From: a virus | Lineage: Duplodnaviria > Caudoviricetes | Direction: 5' to 3' (one strand) | IMG/VR virus record: IMGVR_UViG_3300010236_000013 | Span: 1 to 28,938 of that record | Length of the DNA stretch: 28,938 bases | Shown: in pieces, positions 9,000 to 18,095 of the stretch | How the letters are laid out: the number at the start of each line of letters is the position of its first letter | How positions within the stretch are numbered: position 1 is the first letter of the stretch | The notes under the pieces: model-generated | Told to the model about the DNA's origin: nothing | Database searches by the model: none | Seen by the model: the letters and a program-made list of their open reading frames with translations, nothing else | Translations under genes and position numbers: made by a program

Positions 9000-9059
9000 T
9001 ATCTAGCAATATCTATTTTACAGCATAACACATTCAGTGTCAACACAATGTGAAAGGGA

Positions 9060-10406
9060 GTGTTCGGCTTTATTCCTCTATTATCCCCAAAATGCGTGCA
9101 TACTATAAAGTACCCTTACAGTTTGAGCGACTACCAAATAGAGGGCGTCCACTTCCTGGTGAACGCACAGCGTGCTATATTAGCAGATGATTTGGGGATG
9201 GGGAAAACAGCAACCGTAATAAGGGCATGTGCCGAAGTGGAAGCTAAGAACATCCTCGTAGTAGCAAAGAAATCTCTAATAACCAACTGGTTAAGTGAGA
9301 TACGCAGATGGTCGCCACACGAAGTTGGTACCACATGGGCGGTCACTAACTACGAGCAAGTGGTAGCACATCTGGAGGATTACTTAGCATGCACATACGA
9401 CGCCATTGTGGTAGACGAGGCTGCATACATACGCAACAGAAAGGCAAAGCGTTCCAAGGCTATTCACAGGTTAAGCCGTAAAACAAAATACATGTGGTTG
9501 GTGACAGGCACTCCAGTAGTGAGTGGGCCTTGGGATTTGTGGAGCCTTTTACGCGCGCTGTACCCAAGTAGGTACACCAGCTTCTGGCGGTTTGCTGACC
9601 AACACTTCCACCTTGATCGAGGGCGTTTTGGAATTGAGATAGGTGCTGTCAAAGACAGCGACGCACTCGCCAAAGAAGTAGCTCCTATAATGATCAGACG
9701 TACTAAGGAGTTGCTGAACCTTCCAGCGCTGAGTTTTGAGAACATATACATTGACCTTGGTAGTGCCCAGCGCAAACTCTATAAAACCCTCTGTGATGAT
9801 TTAATGACACAGGTTGTTGGAGAGGATGGTTCATTAAACATTGTGGTAGTGCCCTCACTGTTGGCACTTATGACAAGGCTTCGGCAAGTAGTTTGTTCAC
9901 CAGCTTTAGTGGGTGGTAAAGATGTGAGTTCTAAGACTGACGCTCTTATGGATTTGTTGGAGGAACTTACATGTACTCACAAGGTGCTGGTGTTTTCTGC
10001 ATTTGCGGAGTACATAAAACTACTGGTCCCTAAGATGGCGTCGGCAGGTTATCATCCACAAGTCATCACCGGGAGCTGTTCCACTCAGCAACGTAACGAT
10101 GCTATGTATGACTTCTGGAATGTTGATAAGTGCAGAGTACTGATTGGCACCACTGGTGCGATGGGAGAAGGACTGAACATGCAGAACGCTGACGTAGTTA
10201 TATTTACGGACAGCGACTGGACTCCAGCGGCGAATGAACAGGCATATAGTAGAGCGTATAGACGAGGCCAGAAGAAGCCAGTGCATGTGATTAAACTTAT
10301 CGCACGTGACACGGTTGATGAGTATGTGCAGCGTGTTATCGACAATAAGGAACGACTGGCGTCTGTGGTTACGCACGCGATGAGAAAAATTTATGAATCG
10401 AGGTGA
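9060..10406 (+). CDS. SNF2-family (SF2) helicase
   Basis: LADDLGMGKT, VVDEA, TGTP, GEGLNMQ, QAYSRAYRRGQ. Confidence 0.93.
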   Translation: MFGFIPLLSPKCVHTIKYPYSLSDYQIEGVHFLVNAQRAILADDLGMGKTATVIRACAEVEAKNILVVAKKSLITNWLSEIRRWSPHEVGTTWAVTNYEQVVAHLEDYLACTYDAIVVDEAAYIRNRKAKRSKAIHRLSRKTKYMWLVTGTPVVSGPWDLWSLLRALYPSRYTSFWRFADQHFHLDRGRFGIEIGAVKDSDALAKEVAPIMIRRTKELLNLPALSFENIYIDLGSAQRKLYKTLCDDLMTQVVGEDGSLNIVVVPSLLALMTRLRQVVCSPALVGGKDVSSKTDALMDLLEELTCTHKVLVFSAFAEYIKLLVPKMASAGYHPQVITGSCSTQQRNDAMYDFWNVDKCRVLIGTTGAMGEGLNMQNADVVIFTDSDWTPAANEQAYSRAYRRGQKKPVHVIKLIARDTVDEYVQRVIDNKERLASVVTHAMRKIYESR

Positions 10407-11289
10407 AGTAATGGAGCTTCATGCTAGTCAGATTAGAGATTACAAAACTTGCCCGCGAATGTACAAATACAAGTATGTGGACAACATAGTACCACGTGTA
10501 GACAATCCCAAGCTATTCCTCGGACGAGGCGTGCACGCTGGGATTGCGGCGTATTACGAGGGCAAAGATCCCTTGAAAGCATTTGATGACTGGCTTGAAG
10601 GAGCTGCTAGTAAAATACCTGATGATGCAAGGCCAGCAGATGTGGAAAGCATCATTGAACCAGTCCGTTTAGGACGTAAGCTGGTTGGTGCATACGTTGA
10701 CTTCGCACGTCAGAACGATGATTTTGAAGTAGTGGCTATTGAGCAGGACTTCCGAACGCCTGTGTGGTCAATGAATCCAGATACATGTGAGCTTGAAGTA
10801 GTGCCTGACGTATTCCACAGGGGGCGGTTGGACGGTGTAGTACGTGATAAGAATGGAAGGCTTTGGGTATTAGAGCATAAAACGTGTGCTCAGTTCACGA
10901 ATCCAATACTGCTACAGAAGTCCGAGCAGACAGGCTACTACGTGCTGGCGTGTAAGCAGTTGTTTGATGAACCAGTTGTAGGTACTATCTACAATCTTAT
11001 TAGGAAGGTTGATCCGGCAAAGGCACGCACAGATATGATTAGGCGTGAACTTGTACCTTGTAATGATTATGAAGTTGGTTCATACATTAACAGGTTGTAC
11101 AACGCTTACAACCGCATAGTTACTGATGACATAATGGACCCCTCCTCTGGACAGCACTGCACTTGGATGTGCCCTTACAGAGTACTATGTACTGGTGAAG
11201 ATGATGGGAGCGACGTAGCTTCTGTTGTTGATGAGCTGTTTATGGCGCGTACTCCTTATGAAGATGCTGACGAAGAGGAGGTAGCATAA
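10393..11289 (+). CDS. PD-(D/E)XK (RecB/Cas4-like) exonuclease with probable Fe-S cysteines
   Basis: S.I..YK.CPR, GRLD, LEHKT, QTGYY, C-terminal CTWMCPYRVLC. Start may be ATG 10411. Confidence 0.88.
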   Translation: MNRGEVMELHASQIRDYKTCPRMYKYKYVDNIVPRVDNPKLFLGRGVHAGIAAYYEGKDPLKAFDDWLEGAASKIPDDARPADVESIIEPVRLGRKLVGAYVDFARQNDDFEVVAIEQDFRTPVWSMNPDTCELEVVPDVFHRGRLDGVVRDKNGRLWVLEHKTCAQFTNPILLQKSEQTGYYVLACKQLFDEPVVGTIYNLIRKVDPAKARTDMIRRELVPCNDYEVGSYINRLYNAYNRIVTDDIMDPSSGQHCTWMCPYRVLCTGEDDGSDVASVVDELFMARTPYEDADEEEVA

Positions 11290-11291
11290 CA

Positions 11292-11651
11292 GTGACAAAG
11301 ATATATGAATTTCCGAAGGCAGAAGATCGTGAAATTGTTGAAGGTGCAGTTGCTACATACATTACTACACCAGTAGACTTGCTGCGTGATCTTATGACGG
11401 AAGAAATTAGTAGAGTGTTGGAGAGGTACCACATAAGTAAGCTATTCCTGCGGGATTATGCGGTGCTTATGTGTGAAGACATAGTTATATTTGAGGCAAT
11501 GACACCTGACGATGATGGTTCATGCCCAGCATGTGGAAGCAAGACATGCTCTAGGCGATTGCTTAATATCATCAACAATGTGGAACATTATGGATGCCAC
11601 TGTGGGGCATTGTATTACAGAAAAAATATGAAAGTGGGGAATAGCATTTGA
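11292..11651 (+). CDS. hypothetical zinc-ribbon protein
   Basis: CPACG...CHCG; GAGGAGG RBS. Confidence 0.7.
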   Translation: MTKIYEFPKAEDREIVEGAVATYITTPVDLLRDLMTEEISRVLERYHISKLFLRDYAVLMCEDIVIFEAMTPDDDGSCPACGSKTCSRRLLNIINNVEHYGCHCGALYYRKNMKVGNSI

Positions 11652-12403
11652 GTAAAGTAATCACACCAGTAAAGCCACCACATCCTAAGATACGGCGTGC
11701 TTCTGAAAGGATTACATTCTGCAAGTGCTTGATATACGGTGATTCGGGGGTCGGTAAAACCTATCTAGGGGCTACGGCCCCCGACGCACTCATAGTGCTT
11801 ACAGAACCTGCAGTTGCAGATACTACACTTAACAGGGTAAGGATGGACCTGGGTATTGATCCTGGTGTTTGGGAGTTGGGTGATGGTGATGATCTTACAG
11901 CAGTTGTTGATTATATATCTAAAGGAGATCATCCTTACAAGACACTGGTGATTGATAGTTATACTGACGTGTTCCGGCGCGCACTGCGAAAGATATTAAA
12001 TGATGCAGTATCTAAGCGGTCGTCACATGATGAGTTCGTTCCTGAGCAGGGTGACTGGTTCAGAGTGGCAGAGAAGATGCGTATGGAAATAAGGATGTTG
12101 CGTGATCTTCCAATAGATGTGGTACTTATAATGCTTGCATTTGACATACGTGGAGAGAGTAAGCGAGTACCTTACATCCAGCCCAAGAACCTGGCACTTG
12201 AAATGCCACAGTATTTCAACATGGTTGGGTACCTTGGAGCAGTTACTGAAGGAGGTGAACGAATCCGTAAATTGCTTGTTAGTCCTACTGATGACAGGCA
12301 GGCTAAGAACCCAGGTGGTATGTTGCCTGATATAATTGACAACCCCAACCTGAGTGAAATCTTCAAATTAATTAAACATGAGGAGGAAGAAAATATTGCC
12401 TGA
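11648..12403 (+). CDS. AAA_24 / Sak4-like ATPase (phage recombinase)
   Basis: Walker A GDSGVGKT, Walker B LVIDS, AKN motif; lies between nuclease and SSB-like gene. Confidence 0.85.
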   Translation: MSKVITPVKPPHPKIRRASERITFCKCLIYGDSGVGKTYLGATAPDALIVLTEPAVADTTLNRVRMDLGIDPGVWELGDGDDLTAVVDYISKGDHPYKTLVIDSYTDVFRRALRKILNDAVSKRSSHDEFVPEQGDWFRVAEKMRMEIRMLRDLPIDVVLIMLAFDIRGESKRVPYIQPKNLALEMPQYFNMVGYLGAVTEGGERIRKLLVSPTDDRQAKNPGGMLPDIIDNPNLSEIFKLIKHEEEENIA

Positions 12404-12830
12404 TTTACTATTCAATTATAATGCATCTGATGGGGAAGGTGCAGAGCCTCTACCGAAGGCTGTGTACCCTGCGGTTATTGACACCAGCAAATCAGAGGTT
12501 GGAGAGACAGACGCTGGCACTTACGTGACTATTAGTTTCATAATCTCTGAGCCTAATGAGTTTTCTGGTAGGCGCCTGACCGTGCGTTATTACCTGCATG
12601 ATAAGGCTGTTTGGAAATGGAACAAGTTCTTATACAACCTTGGTATTGCACCTGACAAAGATGGGCAATCCCGTGTAAACACTGACATGCTTAATGGACT
12701 GCCTTGCAAGATTTCAGTTAAACCAAACACAAACAAATCCACTGGTAAAACTTACAACGACGTTGACGACGTATTTGCTACTGACGACACACTCGCCAGA
12801 GCACGTGCAAAGAAGACATCAAATTTCTAA
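12396..12830 (+). CDS. DUF669-like single-stranded DNA-binding protein
   Basis: PLPKAVYPAVI...F.I......GR...LNGLPCKISV...YNDV pattern; position after Sak4-like gene; TTG start after GAGGAGG. Confidence 0.7.
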   Translation: MPDLLFNYNASDGEGAEPLPKAVYPAVIDTSKSEVGETDAGTYVTISFIISEPNEFSGRRLTVRYYLHDKAVWKWNKFLYNLGIAPDKDGQSRVNTDMLNGLPCKISVKPNTNKSTGKTYNDVDDVFATDDTLARARAKKTSNF

Positions 12831-13260
12831 TTTTACAGTCCTCGGTATAGATCCAGGGAACACCACAGGGTGGGGGCTTGTTGAGGTTCCACATACAGTT
12901 TTATTCGCTGGACAAATAAATTCACGTCAGGCGTTAGTGGATTTAATCAACAGATACCTACCAACCACAGTGGTTATCGAAGCCTTTCGGCTTTATCCCT
13001 GGAAAGCACAAGCACAGTCGTTTTCTAGTATGATCCCAGCAGAATTAATTGGAGTAGCAAAGGCCACGTGCGATGCGCTCAACATTTCATTAATTGAGCA
13101 GCCAGCTAGTGCGCGGAACATAATTACTAAGCGCGTCCTTGTAGCAACAGGCGGGTGGAAGGTTACAACAAACCTTCCACACGCTAGGGACGCGGTACGG
13201 CACGCGCTCTACTACTGCCGAAAGGTTTATCCAGAGGCATTCTTGGAGCTGCTTGCATGA
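12805..13260 (+). CDS. RuvC-like Holliday junction resolvase
   Basis: VLGIDPG.TTGW, VVIE, HARDA motifs. Start uncertain (GTG 12805 more plausible than ATG 12694). Confidence 0.8.
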   Translation: MQRRHQISNFTVLGIDPGNTTGWGLVEVPHTVLFAGQINSRQALVDLINRYLPTTVVIEAFRLYPWKAQAQSFSSMIPAELIGVAKATCDALNISLIEQPASARNIITKRVLVATGGWKVTTNLPHARDAVRHALYYCRKVYPEAFLELLA

Positions 13261-13568
13261 CACGCGTACTGTGGTTATCAAGGCACAAGCCGCTGCTTTC
13301 ACAAGTCAAGGAACTGCGAAAGCTATTTGGCCGAACAAAGATTATTCAGAAGTCAGTCACGATAGATTCAGGGCAGGACTTGCTGAGACTTATGCTGGAA
13401 AACAACTGCACTGAAGCCGTTGTAATTTTACCAGTGACACTTTTACAAAGCGCAATAGAGTGCGGTGTTAGGCCATTGATCGCGGTGCTTGACCGTAACA
13501 ATGGGCAGCACAGACACTTTAAAAGATTAACACACATTAATGTGACGTTGGAGGATATGCAAGGATGA
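13257..13568 (+). CDS. small alpha/beta protein resembling Csx16/Csx20-type ring nucleases
   Basis: VLWLSRH.....Q..EL and VILPVTL.....CGVR.L..LD. ORF is well supported; function is inferred only. Confidence 0.5.
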   Translation: MTRVLWLSRHKPLLSQVKELRKLFGRTKIIQKSVTIDSGQDLLRLMLENNCTEAVVILPVTLLQSAIECGVRPLIAVLDRNNGQHRHFKRLTHINVTLEDMQG

Positions 13569-14485
13569 GTGAATATTTAGTTGGTTCTACAATAACGGAT
13601 TTGTTTGTGGTTAGGGATGCCAGTATAAATACTGCGAGCAATGGCAGCCCTTACTTACAACTAAAATTGTTCAACGGGAGTACGGAAATTCCCGCTAAAA
13701 AGTGGAATTACAATGGACAAATCCCTGCTGCAAACACAGTAATTCAAGTGACGGCTCAGGTTAGATTATTTAGGGACCAAATACAATTCAATATCAGTGA
13801 GTGGGATTTGCCAAAGCCAGGTGAGTACGATCCCAGCAAGTTCATACCTGTGTGTCCTATAGACAAAGACACTTTAGTGGAAGAGTTCCTTGATTTAAAG
13901 TTTTTAGTTAGTGACACATACTTTAATGATATATTGAATGCTTTTATTATAGACCATTTATTTGTAGAGTTCACTGTAGCGCCAGGAGCACAGGGAATAC
14001 ATCACGCATACCTACATGGTCTGCTAGAGCATAGTGTGGGCACAACGCAAAAAGCTTTATATATGGCTGAGTACGCAACAAACAGAGATTTACTTATTAC
14101 TGGTGGACTCCTCCACGACATTGGAAAGATATATGAGTACGACTGGTCGGGTTGTACCATCACCAGAACACCTGCTGGAAAATTAATGGGGCATATACTT
14201 ATGGGGATGATGATGCTTGATCGTTTAGTAATAGAACATGGGGTGTCTAAAGACCCTGAAAAGTACATGCTCCTTTCCCACTTAATAGCGTCACATCATG
14301 GGCGGTTGGAGTGGGGATCACCAGTTGAACCACAGACTAGGGAAGCTGTTATACTTCATACCGCTGATATGCTGGATTTCCAGTTCAATGCTATTGATAA
14401 GGCATATGCTGAAACACCAGCCAGCAACGAGTTCACAGTCGGAGCGTTGGGAATTGGACGCCAATTTTATAAAGGAGGAAATTAA
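13565..14485 (+). CDS. yhaM: YhaM/Cbf1-like OB-fold + HD-domain 3'-5' exonuclease
   Basis: N-terminal OB fold (GSPYLQLKL...AKKW); HHAYLHGLLEHS, LLHDIGK, SHHG..EWGSP, ADMLD. Confidence 0.9.
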   Translation: MSEYLVGSTITDLFVVRDASINTASNGSPYLQLKLFNGSTEIPAKKWNYNGQIPAANTVIQVTAQVRLFRDQIQFNISEWDLPKPGEYDPSKFIPVCPIDKDTLVEEFLDLKFLVSDTYFNDILNAFIIDHLFVEFTVAPGAQGIHHAYLHGLLEHSVGTTQKALYMAEYATNRDLLITGGLLHDIGKIYEYDWSGCTITRTPAGKLMGHILMGMMMLDRLVIEHGVSKDPEKYMLLSHLIASHHGRLEWGSPVEPQTREAVILHTADMLDFQFNAIDKAYAETPASNEFTVGALGIGRQFYKGGN

Positions 14486-14488
14486 ATT

Positions 14489-14743
14489 ATGAATTTACCA
14501 GATTTAGAATTTGATTATGATGATGATAGACCATTCAAAAGCGCAACATTCAATTCAAGCGCGGGTGGGTCTGTTAGAATTATAGATAAGATAAAAGGTG
14601 GATACGGTAATAAGAGTGGTGTATCTATTATCTTTGATGATGGTGCAGGGATATGTCATAAATCAATCGCCAGGGACTTTGACAAGCCACACTTCCGTGC
14701 ATTTATAGACCTTTGCGAGAAGGCCTACAAACAGTTGCCTTAA
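14489..14743 (+). CDS. hypothetical protein
   Basis: 84 aa, AAGGAGG RBS. Confidence 0.7.
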   Translation: MNLPDLEFDYDDDRPFKSATFNSSAGGSVRIIDKIKGGYGNKSGVSIIFDDGAGICHKSIARDFDKPHFRAFIDLCEKAYKQLP

Positions 14744-14744
14744 G

Positions 14745-17057
14745 ATGTACGTTACACTAGCCACCGGAAAAATAGTCCGGCCACATGGTGCCGACTGTAG
14801 TAAGTGCGGATTAGCCGACTTCACTTGTGTTCGTGGTAGGGGGCCAGATAACCCGAAGCTGGTAATTGTCGGTGAGTGTCCTGGCGAAAACGAAATAAAG
14901 CGAGGGGTGCCATTCGTTGGGCGTGCTGGTAAGCTGCTTGACAAAGCGTTGGAAGAAGCTGGACTAACAAGGGATGAGTGCTACATAACGAATACGTGCT
15001 TGTGCATGACAGTGCCAACACGTACCCCAAAAGCCAAGGAAGTAGCGTGCTGTGTAAACAGGTTATATGAAGAAGTCAAATCAAAAAGACCACGTGTTGT
15101 TCTGGCGCTTGGGAAGATTGCGTACAAAGCACTTCTGAATATCAACAATGCAATGGCAGACGCACGTGGTACGGTTCATTACAAGGACCAGCTCGGCGCA
15201 TACGTGGTTACGACTTACCATCCTGCTGCCATACTACGAAACCCAAGGCTTTACCGTGACATGGTGAATGATTTCATTCGTGCAAAGGAAGTGCTTGATT
15301 GGCCTGTCGGTGGAAGAACTTCAATAGAAATAAAACATCGTGTGCTGAACGACGAAGACGAGGTGATAGAGTTCCTAACACAAACAGAGAGGAACCAGGA
15401 CGTTTCATACGATGTGGAAACTGCAAGCGATGGCAGCCTACTGTGCATAGGCTTATCAGTAAGTCCATGTGAAGCAGTAGTGCTGTCGCAGCGTGCAGTA
15501 GATACTGTTAACCACACGTTGTTGAATGATTGGTTAGCTAACAAGACTTGTATAGCGCACAACGGCAAGTTCGATATGCGTGTAATGTGGAAGAATGGAT
15601 TCCCTGATGTACGCACTGGCGCAGATACCATGCTCCAGGCGTATGTTATGGATGGATCAGTTGGTGGTCATGGATTGGAGCACTTGGTGCGTGAAGTCCT
15701 TGATTACCATGAACCTTGGAAATTAGTCATGCGCCCTTACAAGAAGAAGGGATTTGAGCACGCACCCGCTGATGTGTTGTATGACTACAACGCAAAGGAC
15801 GCGGCACTTACTCTGCTGTTAGCACGTAACCAGGAAGAACGCCTATCAGATGATGATAAACATGTACTTACCACATTAATGTACCCTGTAGCTGACGTAC
15901 TGGCTGAAATGGAACATCTTGGCGTGATGGTTGATGAGGATTACCTGAACCAACTAGATGTTGGATTGCGTGATGAATTAATTGGAATTGTGCAAGAAAT
16001 GTATGATTTGGTAGGGAAGGTTTTCAATCCAAACTCATGGCAGCAGTTGCAGAAGGTTCTGTATGATGATCTTAAATTACCAGTACCTGGATGGCTTGGG
16101 ATGAGGACCAATGAAGATGCGTTGGAATCAATACTGCAAACTGTGGATCACCCATTCCCAAAACTGTTATTGCGGTACCGCAACAGGAAGAAGTTCCACG
16201 GCACGTATGTTCGTGGTCTGATGAACGCTGCAGATAGCAACTGGCGAGTGCATACCACATTCAACCAGCACGTTACCGTGACAGGTAGGTTATCATCATC
16301 AAACCCTGTGAATCTGCAGAACATCCCGCGTGGTAAAGAGGCCAGAAATATTTTTATAGCTACCCCTGGATATGAACTTGTTGAAGTTGATTTAAGCCAA
16401 GCTGAGATTCGTGGCTGGTGTTGGTACTCCAGGGATGAAGTATTAAGAGGTGCAATAACATCTGGATTAGACACACACACAGCTACTGCGTGTTTGATGT
16501 ATGACCTCAAGCCGGAAGCAGTGACTAAAGAACTGCGTACTGATGCAAAGAGGTTGGCCTTCGCTACCCTTTATCAGATGCAAGCAGAAAGCTTGGCACT
16601 GGAATTAAACACTACAGTAGTACATGCAGTAGAATTGCAAGATAAATTCTTTGGTGCGTACTCACGTGGTCGTGAATGGATTAATGAAGTGCAGCAGCAG
16701 GTACTGCGTGATGGTTATTTCGTTACACCGTTTTGCCGCACGCTGCGCTTCCCTATTGCTGGAGACAAATCAAGTCTCATGCGTGATGCGGCTAATTGGC
16801 CTGTCCAATCATTAGCTTCAGATATAACTCTTACTGGTTTGTTGCGAATCCATGATCGTATTAAAGTTGGTGAACTTGGAGATACGAGAATGTTATTAAC
16901 GGTGCATGATTCGATATTAGTAGAAACTAAAGAGGATACTGGTGAGATTGCTTTAGCATGTCGAAATGAAATGGAACGAGATGTACTTGATGGTTATGTG
17001 CCTTTTAAAGCAGACGCAAAATATGGTAAGAGCTGGGGCGAAATGACTGACTGTTAG
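14745..17057 (+). CDS. polA: family A DNA polymerase with N-terminal family-4 uracil-DNA-glycosylase-like domain
   Basis: UDG: GECPG, PFVGRAG, YITN, TYHPAA. Exonuclease: YDVET, HNGKFD, YNAKD. Polymerase: TGRLSS, NLQNIP, DLSQAEIR, TVHDS. Confidence 0.95.
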   Translation: MYVTLATGKIVRPHGADCSKCGLADFTCVRGRGPDNPKLVIVGECPGENEIKRGVPFVGRAGKLLDKALEEAGLTRDECYITNTCLCMTVPTRTPKAKEVACCVNRLYEEVKSKRPRVVLALGKIAYKALLNINNAMADARGTVHYKDQLGAYVVTTYHPAAILRNPRLYRDMVNDFIRAKEVLDWPVGGRTSIEIKHRVLNDEDEVIEFLTQTERNQDVSYDVETASDGSLLCIGLSVSPCEAVVLSQRAVDTVNHTLLNDWLANKTCIAHNGKFDMRVMWKNGFPDVRTGADTMLQAYVMDGSVGGHGLEHLVREVLDYHEPWKLVMRPYKKKGFEHAPADVLYDYNAKDAALTLLLARNQEERLSDDDKHVLTTLMYPVADVLAEMEHLGVMVDEDYLNQLDVGLRDELIGIVQEMYDLVGKVFNPNSWQQLQKVLYDDLKLPVPGWLGMRTNEDALESILQTVDHPFPKLLLRYRNRKKFHGTYVRGLMNAADSNWRVHTTFNQHVTVTGRLSSSNPVNLQNIPRGKEARNIFIATPGYELVEVDLSQAEIRGWCWYSRDEVLRGAITSGLDTHTATACLMYDLKPEAVTKELRTDAKRLAFATLYQMQAESLALELNTTVVHAVELQDKFFGAYSRGREWINEVQQQVLRDGYFVTPFCRTLRFPIAGDKSSLMRDAANWPVQSLASDITLTGLLRIHDRIKVGELGDTRMLLTVHDSILVETKEDTGEIALACRNEMERDVLDGYVPFKADAKYGKSWGEMTDC

Positions 17058-17065
17058 ATGTTGAT

Positions 17066-17182
17066 GGTGTACCATATTTAGATAGTAACTCAGTATGCAA
17101 GAGTGTGCCACTTGTACTTAGAAATCCTATATATGATAACGTGCCCGCAGGAAAAATAAACTCATTTACGATTAGCGAATCA
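17066..17182 (+). ncRNA. TIGR-like tandem guide-RNA array, upstream block (3 units of 36 nt)
   Basis: Edge repeats at 17066/17102/17138/17174 and loop repeats at 17084/17120/17156, separated by 9-nt unique spacers. Confidence 0.85.
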
Positions 17183-17207
17183 AAAATAAAAACAAAAGGA
17201 GAATATT

Positions 17208-18095
17208 ATGGATAATGTAAATGGTCTGAGAACAGCGGTAAGAAGTTTTTATGATGCACAAAAAATGAGGATAATGGTTGGCAATAGATTAGTAGCCAAC
17301 TTGTATAGCACAATGGGGCAGAAGCCAGGGACAAAGTTAGATGAGTCACTCACCACTGAAGGGAAGGAGCTATTAAGAAGTATTACTGTGGAGTATGCAC
17401 AGATTACTGGTGCAGTAGCCAATCCCACAGCGCGCAATCTTGCCAGATATTTCCGCACGCATGAAGGTGTTATTACTAGGCCATTTGAGTATGAGTTAAC
17501 ACATATGTATCACAGCTTGCTTGATGCAGAACATGAATTGAGTAAGACAATAGCTTTTGAAGTTGAGCAGTTTGATATATGGGAAGATTTCTTGAAGGGC
17601 GTGCGCGGGTGTGGCCCATTAATGGCTGCAGTGATCATATCAGAGTTTGATCCTTATAAAGCCAGATACGCTTCTAGTTTCCACAAGTACGCTGGCCTTG
17701 ATGTTGCACCTGATGGCCGCGGACGTGGGAAGTACAAGGACCACTTGGTGAAGGTGCAATACACAAACAAGAAGGGTGTCACGGATGAAAAGTCCTCCAT
17801 AACATTTAACCCATTCTTGAAGACCAAACTGTTAGGTGTTTTAGGACCATCGTTCTTGAAGACTGGTAGTGATTATGCTAAAACATACTACGACTACAAG
17901 CATAGGTTGGAGAATCACGCAGTCTACAAGGACACTACACCTATCCACAGGCACAAGATGGCCCTGCGATACATGGTGAAGTTATTCTTGATTGATCTCT
18001 ATGTGGCGTGGCGCACGCTGAAAGGTCTGGAAGTTGCACCGTCGTATGCTGAGGCAAAACTTGGAATCATACACGGTGGTATTGAAGCAGCTTAA
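17208..18095 (+). CDS. tasA: TasA-like Nop-domain (IS110-related) RNA-binding protein without nuclease domain
   Basis: N-terminal helix (FYDAQKMRI..GNRL), GVRGCGPLMAAVIISE, SSFHKYAGL, NPFLK, HRHKMALRYMVKLFL..LY..WR; no DEDD RuvC or HNH; flanked by 36-nt arrays; AAGGAG RBS. Confidence 0.85.
   Translation: MDNVNGLRTAVRSFYDAQKMRIMVGNRLVANLYSTMGQKPGTKLDESLTTEGKELLRSITVEYAQITGAVANPTARNLARYFRTHEGVITRPFEYELTHMYHSLLDAEHELSKTIAFEVEQFDIWEDFLKGVRGCGPLMAAVIISEFDPYKARYASSFHKYAGLDVAPDGRGRGKYKDHLVKVQYTNKKGVTDEKSSITFNPFLKTKLLGVLGPSFLKTGSDYAKTYYDYKHRLENHAVYKDTTPIHRHKMALRYMVKLFLIDLYVAWRTLKGLEVAPSYAEAKLGIIHGGIEAA

Noticed and set aside
10393-11289. Cas4 as part of a CRISPR system
   Set aside because: Context (Sak4-like ATPase, SSB, resolvase) indicates a phage recombination exonuclease.
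12821-12830. A-AAT-TTC slippery heptamer fusing SSB to the resolvase
   Set aside because: A -1 shift reaches a stop within about 8 codons; the resolvase is in the +1 frame and has a usable GTG at 12805.
12805-13260. RuvC acting as the missing Tas nuclease
   Set aside because: About 4 kb away inside a standard recombination module; nothing links it to the array.
17208-18095. IS110 transposase / insertion sequence
   Set aside because: No N-terminal DEDD RuvC domain and no SG catalytic serine motif after AGL; flanks are periodic arrays and the gene fits the phage operon.
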